From NCBI GenBank assembly GCA_000934665.2, contig JYFJ02001496.1, positions 1 to 64,000 of the forward strand: DNA of 64,000 nt. Direction: 5' to 3'. Position 1 is the stretch's first letter, and every line of letters starts with the position of its first letter. The DNA comes from Catajapyx aquilonaris. Lineage: Eukaryota. Positions 53,301 through 64,000 of this stretch are shown one piece after another. A program made the translations under genes and the position numbers. Under the pieces are notes generated by a model. The model was not told where the DNA came from, did not search any database, and saw nothing but the letters and a program-made list of their open reading frames with translations.

Positions 53301-56300
53301 CAACTGCCTCTTGCACAATGATTTGCCCATACAGTACCACAAAACCTCAATTCTCTGCATAAAATTATCTTACCCTACATCTGTACAGGCTGATTCATAA
53401 TTTAGCATGTGTTGTTGCTAAATTCTTGCATCCCATATCACTTTCGCAACTCTGAACTTCACTTTTCTTCAACTTGAACCAACCATTAGCAGCTTTAGAA
53501 TTCAAAATGTTCACTGGTAGTAGTAATCAAGTCCCTTTTCAGACTGCATTTTAAATGTGAAACCTAATCCAGCAGTTAATTCCAAAAGTGTAATAAACTA
53601 CCTGAATAAAATAAAATAAAAAAATGCTCAGCAAGCAATATATATTTATAAAATTAATTATAAACCCTGTTTACTATAACACTTTCCTTGCGGCAGACCC
53701 CACGCTGTTATTTCAATTCATTCACAGTATCTAATGTGGTCCTCCCCTCGACCCCCTCCCCTTTCCCCATTCCACTTCCTCTAAAGCTTGGGGTCATAGC
53801 CCTCCAGGCATCCACTCACATGCACATGGGAAGAGAGGGGAGGGAAAGAAGGGCAAGGAAACCCACCCCATTTGTCCTCAGTCCCCCTCCTCTTGCCCAC
53901 CCTAATCTGAGTCTTTCAGCAGGATCTTATTTAAATCTGAACCCCAAATTTACAACCCCCATAATCCTCACCCTTGATGCTCCCTTGCACATGCTCATTT
54001 TTTTTTATTACAGCAAGGTTAACTGCCAATGGCACATTTGCCTGATGCAGAAGTCTGGGCGAATGGGCTGCTTTTATTGCATGCCGCTAGTCCTATACTT
54101 GGGACTGAGAAACAAATTCTTGACCTACTTGGCTCTGATCTCCTTATCAATCAGCAATGGTGGGGAGGGTCTTCCTAAAAAGTGGCAGTTATTGATTGTT
54201 GGAATGGTAGGGAATAAAGCACCCACAGCTACCCTCTTTTTTTTTAAAGCCCCTCTCTCAGCACACCCTGATGCACATGTAATGTAGCCACATTTGAAGT
54301 AAAAAAAAGTACCCAACCATGCCAAGCTCCAGTCGGTTTCTTGTGAGGGGCTTGATTTTTACAGAGAGCAAAAATAACTTCCTTACCACCTTGAGGCCTA
54401 AGTCGGGGGCCCCTCTGCCAACCTCTAAACTTAGATGTGGGGCCTAATCCGCCCCCATCTGTTTCCATCCAGTACTCTACATGCAGCTTGCATTAACACA
54501 GGATCCACAACCACCCCTTACAGATCACAAGGATTGCAGAATGGCTTACCGGTTGATGAATCCGTAACCACTCTTGACGTTGAACCACTTCACTGTGCCA
54601 GACACCTTCGTAGCTGCATGAAGAAAAAAAAAAGTTTAATTAGCCTTCACTGTTATCAAAATCCTGCATAATCAAAGTTGCATAACATCTTTTAAGGACA
54701 AAGAAACAGATAGCTAGTCTCTAACTGGTCTTCCCTTTGCAGATTACAAAACTGGTTCAAACCAATCCACATCCTGCAGTCACATAAGCTAAAGTTGTCA
54801 CTAAGCAATCTATACCTCAGTGAGCGCATACATGTGCAGATGTGCTTCACACATGGCCAGCAAACAGTGAATTTGAAGTGGTGCAATAACCACTGAGAAC
54901 CTTCTCCCTATACATGTGAACAACTTGGAAACACTTGCTGCGTCAGGCATTTATTGCAGGCAATCGTTTCATAATTATCTGCATGAAGAGGCAGCATTAA
55001 CCCTCTTCAATAGGTTGCTAGCCTTTAAATAAATGCTCCAGATTTAGACCAGACATTGACCAATTTTACACGGCAATATTTGCCAATCAATGGGAAGGTT
55101 TCCAGGACTCAGCATCCTTCAAATATATTGCTGGTAATCTTCTCCTGACATAATCACCCATATCTCACACTGATACAAAGTACAGATGAACTTGGACCTC
55201 CCACGACACATGGTGGCACTTGACAGGATGTAAGTGCCAATAAGCCATGGCCACAACTGACATAACAATGTCACAATTTATCACCCATGTCAATCTGATA
55301 CAATAAGGTTTTCCTTCTAGTCCAATAATACATTCATATTAATAGCAGTTCCTTCTTACTGCAAAGGCACAATCCAGCTTCATATTGAGGATTCAAGACC
55401 TCAAAATTGTTCATATGCCAGTCAAATTGACCATCAAGGGGCAAGAATTACACAATACAGTTTTTGAAAGTGTGTATAACCAGCAGCAGAAAGCAGGCTG
55501 AGAGTAATTAAATATAATAGATAATACTGAATCAACAACCAAATAAAACCTGTAGTGCTAGTGCATGCATTGGGGTAGATGCAACTGATGAGGAGGGCTG
55601 CCATGTTATTATCAGGATAATGCATGTAAATATGCTGCTATTCCTTGTCATTACGACAAATTATATAAATGCCTAGCCTCTTGCCTTGCCAAATCAATAT
55701 TGCCCCAACCTGAGACATTTCAAACCCCATGCTTATTTTCAGCTCCTTGGGCACTTGGACTAATGCACTCACCCCCAACTCCACCCCACCCCACCCCCCA
55801 CCCCCTGTTAGTGCAGTATGCCACATCAAATCTTATTTTCCAAGTCTCAACTAGCTCCAAAGTTTATTTCTGCTCTGCAAAACAATAACTTTTTTTGTGG
55901 CATCAATTATCATCAACTATCACCAGGATAGGACAATAGCATAGTCCAGTTAAGATTGTGCATTTAGACTGTCCTTTCTTGACGACATTGAAAATGCAAT
56001 GAATCTAATGTAGTCTTGGCAATCTGGCATCTATACATACTGCACATATTCCCCATGTTATTCGAAAAAAAAAAAGTGTTAACTAAACATGCACTCTTGG
56101 ACCCCTAAAGAGAAAAATTACAGCTCCTAAATATGTCACAAGCAGTCACCAATCATATCACAAAATTATCTGAAAACCACCATATCAGTAGCACCCAGCC
56201 CACGTGGCATGTCCTAGCAAAGCAAGTTACTTGCGGGATATCCTTTACATATGCAACCCCTAATCACACTATCTCCACTCACTATCACCACTAAACACAT

Positions 56301-57276
56301 GCCACGTCCTTGCCTTCCAGGCTTCAATAATTTATTTACCATTACAATCAAGCCAGTGCTTCTTATGCAACACACCTGCACTCTGACACCCAAAAAGCAA
56401 TCATTAAAACACTGCCACAAACTGAGCCACACACACACACACTTAAGTGTTTTGTGGATCTCCACAGCCCCATTTTAACATGACAGTGGCTAATTACTAG
56501 ACAGCAGGTTCTGCTTCAATTTTCTGCACCACCAAAGTTTGTCAACCTTCTGAATGGTCCATTTCTCTCAGCCACAATCTGCCCCATGCCTTGTGTTCCA
56601 AGACTGCTGCTGTTGTTTGGCCATTCCAAACGGGAAGTAGGGGTTACCATGGCTACTGGAACAGGGCAACTTATTTCCCCAGATCAAACTCGGGTTCCGC
56701 AACGACATTTGGAGACCTGGCCGCAGAAGCAACGTTGGGGTAATTTGTTAAAAATTGTATGGACATTAAGTATGGCTTCTGGCAATTTTATTTAGAAACA
56801 CATGAGGTTAATGACCACTTTAACAGGTATTTTTTTTTAAACCCCAATTTGCTTGCTTGGAAAACAGGTCTGCATAGCGGGTACTTTTACTTTTAATCCA
56901 TTTAACCCAACCCTCGCGCCATGCCAAGCCCAACATTCGAAATGCCGCGCTCCATTTGACCTCCCCACAGCAACCTCGCCCGACCCGCCCAGAATCCGCC
57001 CCATCGAACAACCATCCGGGATGACCACCTGCACCCTTCGATTCATCTCGATTCTCGCTTCCCATCCCAATATATCCAGTCCGCCCAACCCCGGCTTCTC
57101 CCCACCACCATCTTTCTTTATTTTATTTTTTTCGTTCTTTTCTTCCCCCCCTCCCTCCCTCCCTCCCTCCCTGTCCCCACCACCACCCGCCACCATGTTC
57201 GATATCCCTTACCTATAATTTCCTTCTGGCTCACAACCTTTGGTTGTTCAGGCTGCTGCTTCTCTTGTTCTGCCAT
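50390..57276 (-). CDS. yps: Y-box binding protein (cold-shock domain; Ypsilon schachtel/YBX1-like), ~336 aa
   Basis: Exons 57276-57213, 54613-54550, 52584-51954, 51875-51762, 51632-51600, 51442-51389, 50440-50390. [76 protein letters not shown]. Alternating Arg-rich/acidic tail, and C-terminus [10 protein letters not shown] as in arthropod Yps proteins. Confidence 0.95.
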
Positions 57277-57419
57277 GTTCGAACAGGGGGATGAAGGAGG
57301 ACGATGTTCGTTCACTCCTTGGCCGGGGGCTGTTCTCTCAACCGGCTAGGTGGAAAAAGCCTCAGCGATCTCCTCGCGCACACACGCCCTTCCCGTGCTT
57401 CACCCACTTTTGTTCTTTA

Positions 57420-57920
57420 CCGCACTCAACATGGCGGCGATCCACCCCCCACCCTTACCCCACTCCCCCTCCCCACCCTTCTCGATACGATACTGCCGGT
57501 CGCACAAACATCGATACTCCACCATTTTCACACGGTCATGTCCCACCACTCCATATCGATATCCCAAGAATCGATGTTCACAAATCACACACCCCCCCAC
57601 CGCCACTCCCTGGCCACCTCCTTCCACCCGACCGGCCTCAAATGTGACCGACGATCCCATTGGCTGGGTCTCATATTGGCCGCCTCCGAACGTGCCGGGA
57701 TTGGCTGTGGACCGGGCCGGGAGCCNCCCACCTTCCACCCCCTCCATCGCGTCTTTTTTTATTTAAAAAAAATTAAGACGGTACGGATCGGGCGCATTTT
57801 AACGCCTAATCCGGCTGGTCCGGCCCGATTTAATTTTAGACAGGTGGTAAAATTGGAATCGAAGGGTAATTTGCACTCTGCCCCTTGCCCTGCTGGGTTG
57901 GTCACGTGAGGAGGTGTCAT
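57420..57920. promoter_or_regulatory. Bidirectional housekeeping promoter between YBX (-) and NSUN5 (+)
   Basis: The start codons are ~640 bp apart, head-to-head. Perfect DRE TATCGATA at 57554-57561 plus several CGATA. Three ATTGG (CCAAT) boxes at ~57659-57705. YY1-like ATGGCGGC at ~57430 and 57919. Confidence 0.65.
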
Positions 57921-60900
57921 GGCGGCCTCCACGTACGTACTACGTAATTGAGTAATCGAGTTCATGAGCACGGGGTTTTCACGTGTGATCTCATCAAAGG
58001 GTGAGTGATTGGACGTGGCTTGGACCATGCCGGTGGTCGGGGTATGAGGTCAAGGGTGGCACGTAATCGGAGGGCATGTCATAGTGGTGTAAAAGTAAGG
58101 GGTTGTTGGAGCAGTCATTGGCAATATGTGTGGGCAACAATAAACGAGTAGGCTACGAAGGAATGGATGGAGCACCACCAAATCACCAGCCCAAGAGTCA
58201 CTAACTAACCCAGTGGTGAAGCCTGGTTCACATGAAAGAATATTATTGTCATCCCATGTTGCAAATGGTTTTTCATTTTTCTACGCGCAGCTACTGGCTG
58301 CTGCTAAGGGTAGGGAAAAAGTACTCGCTTGGGAAGCATGCAAAACTTGTTCGCTGCCCTTGGACACACAAGCGGCAACTACAATTTCACATTATATTTC
58401 TGTCAGCATCATTTGTGAGAACATGCAGGAATAGTATTAGCAACTTTGGGTGAAAGTGCCCATAACTAAAAGGACCTGAATACTTGGAACGCACTGTATT
58501 GTGGTACGTATGTGAAACATATTAAAACTGCATGTGTGTCAGGGATGAACATGATGGCCACCCAAGCGATTTTGAACAAGTAACCGCAGTTTGTCCGTCC
58601 TATTGGCCGAGAGGTAGCGAATGTGTGTTCTGTTGACGGGATTATCATACATCGGCCTTCTGAATATATGTTACTAGCAGCAAAGTGAAGTGCAAGTAAT
58701 GAAATATTCACTATACTCTGAACAATTTCAGGAAGCCAGAAAGCATGAATACGAAGTGGGTAGGTAGATCTACTGTACCCAGGCTGTATAAGGTGGCCAG
58801 CAAAGTGCTGCAGCGAGCAAAGGAGGAAAAGGGCAGCCTGAAGACCTTCATATACGAAGCAAATCACCCCGTAAGTCACATCATTAGCATGAGAGTGGAT
58901 TGGATTTGTTGCTACAACTTGTTTCATGCTGAAATAATGCAGTGGACACAAACCAATTATTTTGTGTGTTTGGCAGTCACAAACCTACTGTATAGAGCAC
59001 AGTGTTAATGTAAATTAGTTGCCCTTGGAAGACAGCTTTTTTGTCAATTGGTTAATATGATGTGGCAAATTCTTTTGACCATGCTCACTTCATCGTGGCA
59101 AAGTTATTCAGTAACTCAGTGTTTCTCAAACTTTTTTGATTGTGGCTCATGTATTGGGACATCATGTGGGCTGCTCTGGCTACTAATTCCAGTCACCAAA
59201 TTCTTATTTGCTAGTCAAATATATATTTTTTTAAATTAATTGTTGATCATGCTGTAGCCCACCTTGAGGGCAGTGGGCCACAGAATGCACTGGGAGTACC
59301 ATTGCATAAACAACTTCATCAGTCCCTGGTTTTAAAAAAACCTATAATCAGTTTTTTATCAGCTCATGGCCTGCAAGTGGGATATAAACTGAACTTTGAA
59401 AACAGCTGCTTTATCTCAATGTGAAACAGTGTTTTAGCATTATAGACCTGCATGATCTCAGTGACAATCTAACAAGTGCTTTAACATGGGAGGAGATAAA
59501 ACAAGGCCCAAATTTAATACATTGCAGAATATAAAGGCCATTCATTCCCTTACTGTTGAAGCCCTGAAACGGTCTGCTCTGATAGATGACTTGGCTACAA
59601 CTATTGGCCTCTTTGAGGCTGCTCCAAGACTCAATCCCCACCTGGCTCACATTCTCATAACTGAGTTGCTATGGGGCAAGAAGAAACTCTCAAGAGCAAG
59701 TCAGCCTGAAAGACTTGTCACTGAGCTCATGCAGAAGCACCATTCCACAGTGGCATTCTACCAAGAAGACAAATGTGAAGCAGGTATGCATTTATGTCCC
59801 AATTTGCTAATTCCAGAGCCACTAATCCAAAGCAATGGAGCCAAAGGCAGCAGGCAATAGAGGATGGTTTCAGCGTCCAGCCACAAACACCATAAGTGTG
59901 ATGACTGGGTTCTGGGTGTGCACCATGGCCATGTTCACTCTGCCATTTGCATCTTTCTATGGCACACGTCATTGGCTGGATAGCCAAGGGTTTGAGGGTT
60001 TTCAAGTGACGGTGTGGTCAGTGGTAGCAGCAGTAGTGACTGTGCACATAGTGATTGCTGCATATGTGTTTAAGGCATTCAGGGAGGAGCAGGCTGAAGT
60101 CAGACAGGCTGCCCTCATTAAGGATGCTATGAAACTGGAATAGAATGTGTATAACCCTCCCAATCGTTGGCCTCCGTGATTCTTGGGGGGTTTTGTGATT
60201 CCTTTTATTCAAAGGAAATTCCACAATAGAACTTAATAAAACAGGGTACCTGTGCAAATTAATTCCTGTTTATGTAGGACCCAAGAAACCTCGCTACGTC
60301 CGGATTAACACAATCCTGTCTTCAATAAAACATGCCAAGAGGAGCTTTTCGAAGGATGGCTGGGAGCTGATCGAGTACGATTCTGAATCAGTGACCTACT
60401 CTGAGTACCTTGAGAGGATCAAAGAGCTTCAGGGGCACGAGTATATCATGGATTACCATGTGGAGGGGCTGTGTGTGTTTCCACCAGGCACAGAGTTCCA
60501 TAAAGATTCCATGTACCACAGCGGGAGAATTTTTCTGCAGGACAAGGCCAGCTGCATTCCAATGCTTCTCTTGAGAGCTGAGCCAGGATCAAGTGTCATA
60601 GATGCATGTGCCGCACCAGGAATGAAGACAACGCAGTTGGCTGCCATCATGCAAAATGAAGGGTAAGACATTTTTCTCTTTCATGAAGAGTTTCATTTTC
60701 CTATTATTGATGGTGGAAATGTAATGTTATCAAACAGACATATTCGTGCATTGGATTTGGACTCCAGGAGATTTGAGACCCTCCAAGCCATGGTGGAAAA
60801 GGCAGGCGCCACTTGTGTTGAGAACCTCAACCTTGACTTCCTGACACTTGAACCAAGTGAATATGCTGATGTTGATTACATACTGGTGGATCCATCATGT

Positions 60901-61452
60901 TCTGGCTCAGGTAAAGTGAGAATGGACCATTGTCCAGAACTCTGTCAACTCTGCACTGACAGCCTTGCAAAATTTGCATTCAGATGATGTGATAGGAGCA
61001 AAGGAACTGTCAATTCAACTCATAAACAAAAGTACCAGGTAGTGAACTGAACTCAAATTTTTTTCCTTCTCCCTTATGCAGGACAAGTGAATCGAATCAA
61101 CTTGTCAGGAGGACAAGAAGAAGCTGACCCAGACCGCCTCCAACAGCTGGCATCTTTCCAAGCAATGATCTTATCTCATGCCTGCAGCTTCCCAAACGTG
61201 AAACGGATAGTGTACTCCACATGCTCATTGTACGAAAAAGAGAATGAGCAGGTTATTGAGCGTGTGCTGGAGAAGTGGTCAGGAAGTTTTAAAGTAGTGC
61301 GTGGGCTTGGTAAGAAAGTGTGGCCAAACAGAGGATCCAGGGAGTATGGATGGGCCAGACGGTGCATGTATGCTAGGCCCGAGGAGGATCTTTGTGATGG
61401 GTTCTTTGTAGCTGTCTTGGAAAGGGTTACATCACCAGACAATGACGAGTGA
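57919..61452 (+). CDS. NSUN5: 28S rRNA cytosine-C5 methyltransferase NSUN5 (Rcm1), ~445 aa
   Basis: Exons 57919-57932, 58732-58870, 59528-59783, 60278-60662, 60738-60910, 61082-61452. Motifs: VPRLYK..GSLKT, PRYVRINT, LQDKASC, VIDACAAPGMKT, ILVDPSCSGSG, IVYSTCS, DGFFVA. The first 14-nt coding exon (MAAST) is less certain; ATG 58745 is the alternative start. Confidence 0.93.
59835..60143 (+). CDS. VMA21: V-ATPase assembly integral membrane protein VMA21, intronless ORF nested in NSUN5 intron 3 on the same strand
   Basis: 102 aa with two hydrophobic segments matching the VMA21 pattern (MFTLPFASFYG...; SVVAAVVTVHIVIAAYVFKAFREE) and Lys at -3 (MKLE*). It lies wholly within intron 59784-60277. AATAAA at 60235-60240. 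Confidence 0.88.
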   Translation: MEPKAAGNRGWFQRPATNTISVMTGFWVCTMAMFTLPFASFYGTRHWLDSQGFEGFQVTVWSVVAAVVTVHIVIAAYVFKAFREEQAEVRQAALIKDAMKLE

Positions 61453-62424
61453 ACTGAGGACCAAGCATTATTGTGTTACTCGGATAATAAACAGGTGATG
61501 AGTCACATAAAAGTCAATTTCCAGCCACCTTTCCTCATTCCCATGATGAGCTATTATTACTCACCGCCAGCATGTAGTGGCAAAGCTGCTTGTTTTTCCA
61601 GTAATGGTACCAGGTTGGTACCTGTCACCAAATCATTACCTTTTTTTCCCACCCTGTCCCCCCTTCCAGCTTCCCATCGCTATGCAGCAAGCTACGCTGG
61701 GATTGGACAGCCACAAAGGAAGGCCGCCCCAAAAATGAGATGGATTGGCCTTGCTGTTTGGGGGGCAACCCACCATCCCCCAAAAATTGGTGTCAGGTTG
61801 TGTTAGGAGTCACATTGTTCCCAAACTTTTCAAAATGTTGACCTTTGGCCAATCAGGTGAAGGAAGAATTGCACCATGCGCCAATAGACCGACCCCTCTC
61901 TGGACCCAGATTTGTTTCAGGTTCACGGTACAGTGCAGCCCCTGCATTTTGTCTGGAGGTAAGTCCCGGCCACAACGGGGTTATAGGGTTATTGCAGCAC
62001 TTTCCATTCATAGAGCCGTCTGGCATGGCACAGACCTTGACACTACTTCCACCCCCAATTGACCCGAATCGCTAACGACCCCTCGCTCTGAGGCGTCTCC
62101 CGGGCAACTTGTGAAACATCGACACGCGTAGGTGTGTAACTAGCCCTTGCCATGTCTTGACCGCCCTGCACGGTCTCCCTGGAATAAGTCTTAAGTCATG
62201 CCCCGAATGGTCATTCAGTCCCATCGCAATGAGCCACCCGGCAAAGAAGTAAAGTCTGTCCAGGATAGTAAGGTGTCCATAACCGAGGATGTTAGGTCGT
62301 CTTTTCCGACGTGGCAACGCCGCGTCCAGTACCAGCAGGTAGGGGTCAATTATAGGGAAAATGCGTCACGCGACAATCACTAGCAGCGCACTAGTTTAGT
62401 GGCCACCGCGAAAGGGTGGACACC

Positions 62425-64000
62425 ATGCTCGAAGACAGCCGCAATGTGTCCTCCTCGATGGACATCAGCCCAAGCATGGTGTCGTACAGTTCCTCCTCCT
62501 TCAGGAGCGAAGACGAGGACATGTACAGGGTCTTCGCCGACGACCCGGGGACAGGTGGACAGAGGCCAGGAGGGAGGATCAAGTCCGGACCACCGCCCAA
62601 CCGAAGTTTCGCCCTGTCTGTGGCGGACGACGATACCGAGTTCAACATCGCAGAGGATGACGACGCCATATACGTCGTGGGTCGACCCGGACGGATGGAC
62701 GACCTGTACGGCGACGGACATCAGGACGGGGAAGGAGACAATAACCAGGAGGACCAGGAGGAGGTCTCCTCATCTCACCGGGTCAGCAGGTTGATGAAGG
62801 CCGCCAGGTAACTTCTTTGTCCCACTCAACAAAACACAACTGATGCGTGTGATGTCAATCTGAGTCATTGCATGCACTGTACGCGAAAGTATCGAGTTTC
62901 TTGGTAATACTGTACCAGCTCATGGAAATGGCGCAATGATATTTACCACGAGTATACCTAAATCAAAACTGTAATTGTAAATGACACCGGTTATGACAAT
63001 CAGTACCTGGTACTGTAGGCATTATGCCATTTTTTCTGTATAGGATGTGGTGTAAGTCATCCTACGAGCCATGCAACACAAGAGCCTCAATTGTTTAAAG
63101 AGCGGCCTGGTTTACAGGGGCTTCCTTTTCTACACGACCTTGACAAACATCAACCAAAATGCTCGGTAACGAAACAATGTTGTTAGTTTGTTTACGGACG
63201 ATTTTGGCCTGCAATATAGTGAAAATGAGGTACGTCAAAAAAATAGCGGGTTTTTAAACTTATTCTGCCAGTAAACAATCACGGTTGCAGGTAGTTAAAT
63301 GGAACGTGATTATGCCTCACTAAACTAAAGTATCGATTCCTTAACGCGCAGTTATAGGTCGAAACGACAGCCCTTAACGACACATTTTACAACGCATGCA
63401 GTAAGAAAAACACACACTTGATCGATTCGGCTCTCCAATGACAACTTGCAATTTACTTGGTAACAAACCGGTCACAATCATTACTCACATCTTTGTCTTT
63501 GGGCATTGCAAGCTGAACCGGCTCACCTGCTGAACACTCGGTTAAATACACCCCATTTCGTGCCGCTAATATGATCCTTGAAGGGTTAATGGACAAGACG
63601 GGTTCGCATGATCCGTCCCTGATTGGCCTTTTACATGCAGTGTGAAGGCACCCGAAGTGTCCCCGATGGACGACCATTACCCCGAGTCACACGACGAGTA
63701 CGAGCAAGACCAGCTCGAGCCTGAGAGGTGGTCTCGGTCAAGGCTGTCCAAGGATGACTCCACCATCGGACTGACCAGCGAGAGGGACGTGGAGGTGGTG
63801 GAGATGAGGAACAAGTACGACGACCTCAAGGGATGGAGGGCCACGAAGGTCACCTTCTACAAGAACGGGGATCCTTTCTACCCTGGGTTCGAGCTGAGGT
63901 TCAAGCCAGGAATAGACATGCTGACCATGGAGGCACTGTACGACAAGGTCAACGCAAGACTGCAGCTGCCCCACGGGGTCAGGTACATATTTGACCTGGA
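62425..64000 (+). CDS. DCX-EMAP: 5' part of a doublecortin-domain protein, DCX-EMAP-like (echinoderm microtubule-associated protein-like)
   Basis: CACCATG at 62425. Exon 62425-62807 (donor GTAACT, phase 2) joins the exon starting at 63641, which reads ...KYDDLKGWRATKVTFYKNGDPFYPGFELRFKPGIDMLTMEALYDKVNARLQLPHGVRYIFDL. This is a DCX domain closely resembling the first DCX domain of insect DCX-EMAP. It runs off the window end, so the EMAP part is not visible. Confidence 0.8.

Noticed and set aside
59117..59292. hAT/Charlie-like MITE starting CAGTGTTTCTCAAAC
   Set aside because: The right TIR is too degenerate and there is no 8-bp TSD. At most an old remnant.

Overview
Intron-rich eukaryotic genomic DNA, most likely arthropod: the Y-box protein ends in a Yps-like C-terminus and there is a DCX-EMAP-like gene. 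I assembled gene models by hand from GT-AG sites, and the intron phases are consistent throughout. From left to right: (1) the 3' end of an unidentified + strand gene ending in a polybasic + CaaX-like tail; (2) a ~3,500-aa scattered C2H2/C2HC zinc-finger protein on the - strand, with a 20-kb intron containing several promoter-like islands; (3) a GOLIM4/GPP130-like Golgi protein (+) with two alternative C-termini; (4) a Y-box/cold-shock protein (Yps/YBX, -), head-to-head with (5) NSUN5 (+), whose third intron holds a complete same-strand VMA21 ORF with its own splice acceptor and poly(A) signal; (6) the start of a DCX-EMAP-like gene (+). The window also has three TIR-bounded MITEs, two tRNA-derived SINEs, a TSD-flanked retro-insertion and several palindromes. 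The best leads are the NSUN5/VMA21 shared transcription unit, a ~380-nt self-complementary element in the last YBX intron, a candidate YBX poison exon, and the uORF, alternative-promoter and microexon architecture of the zinc-finger gene. All family assignments come from motif recognition only; no database searches were run.
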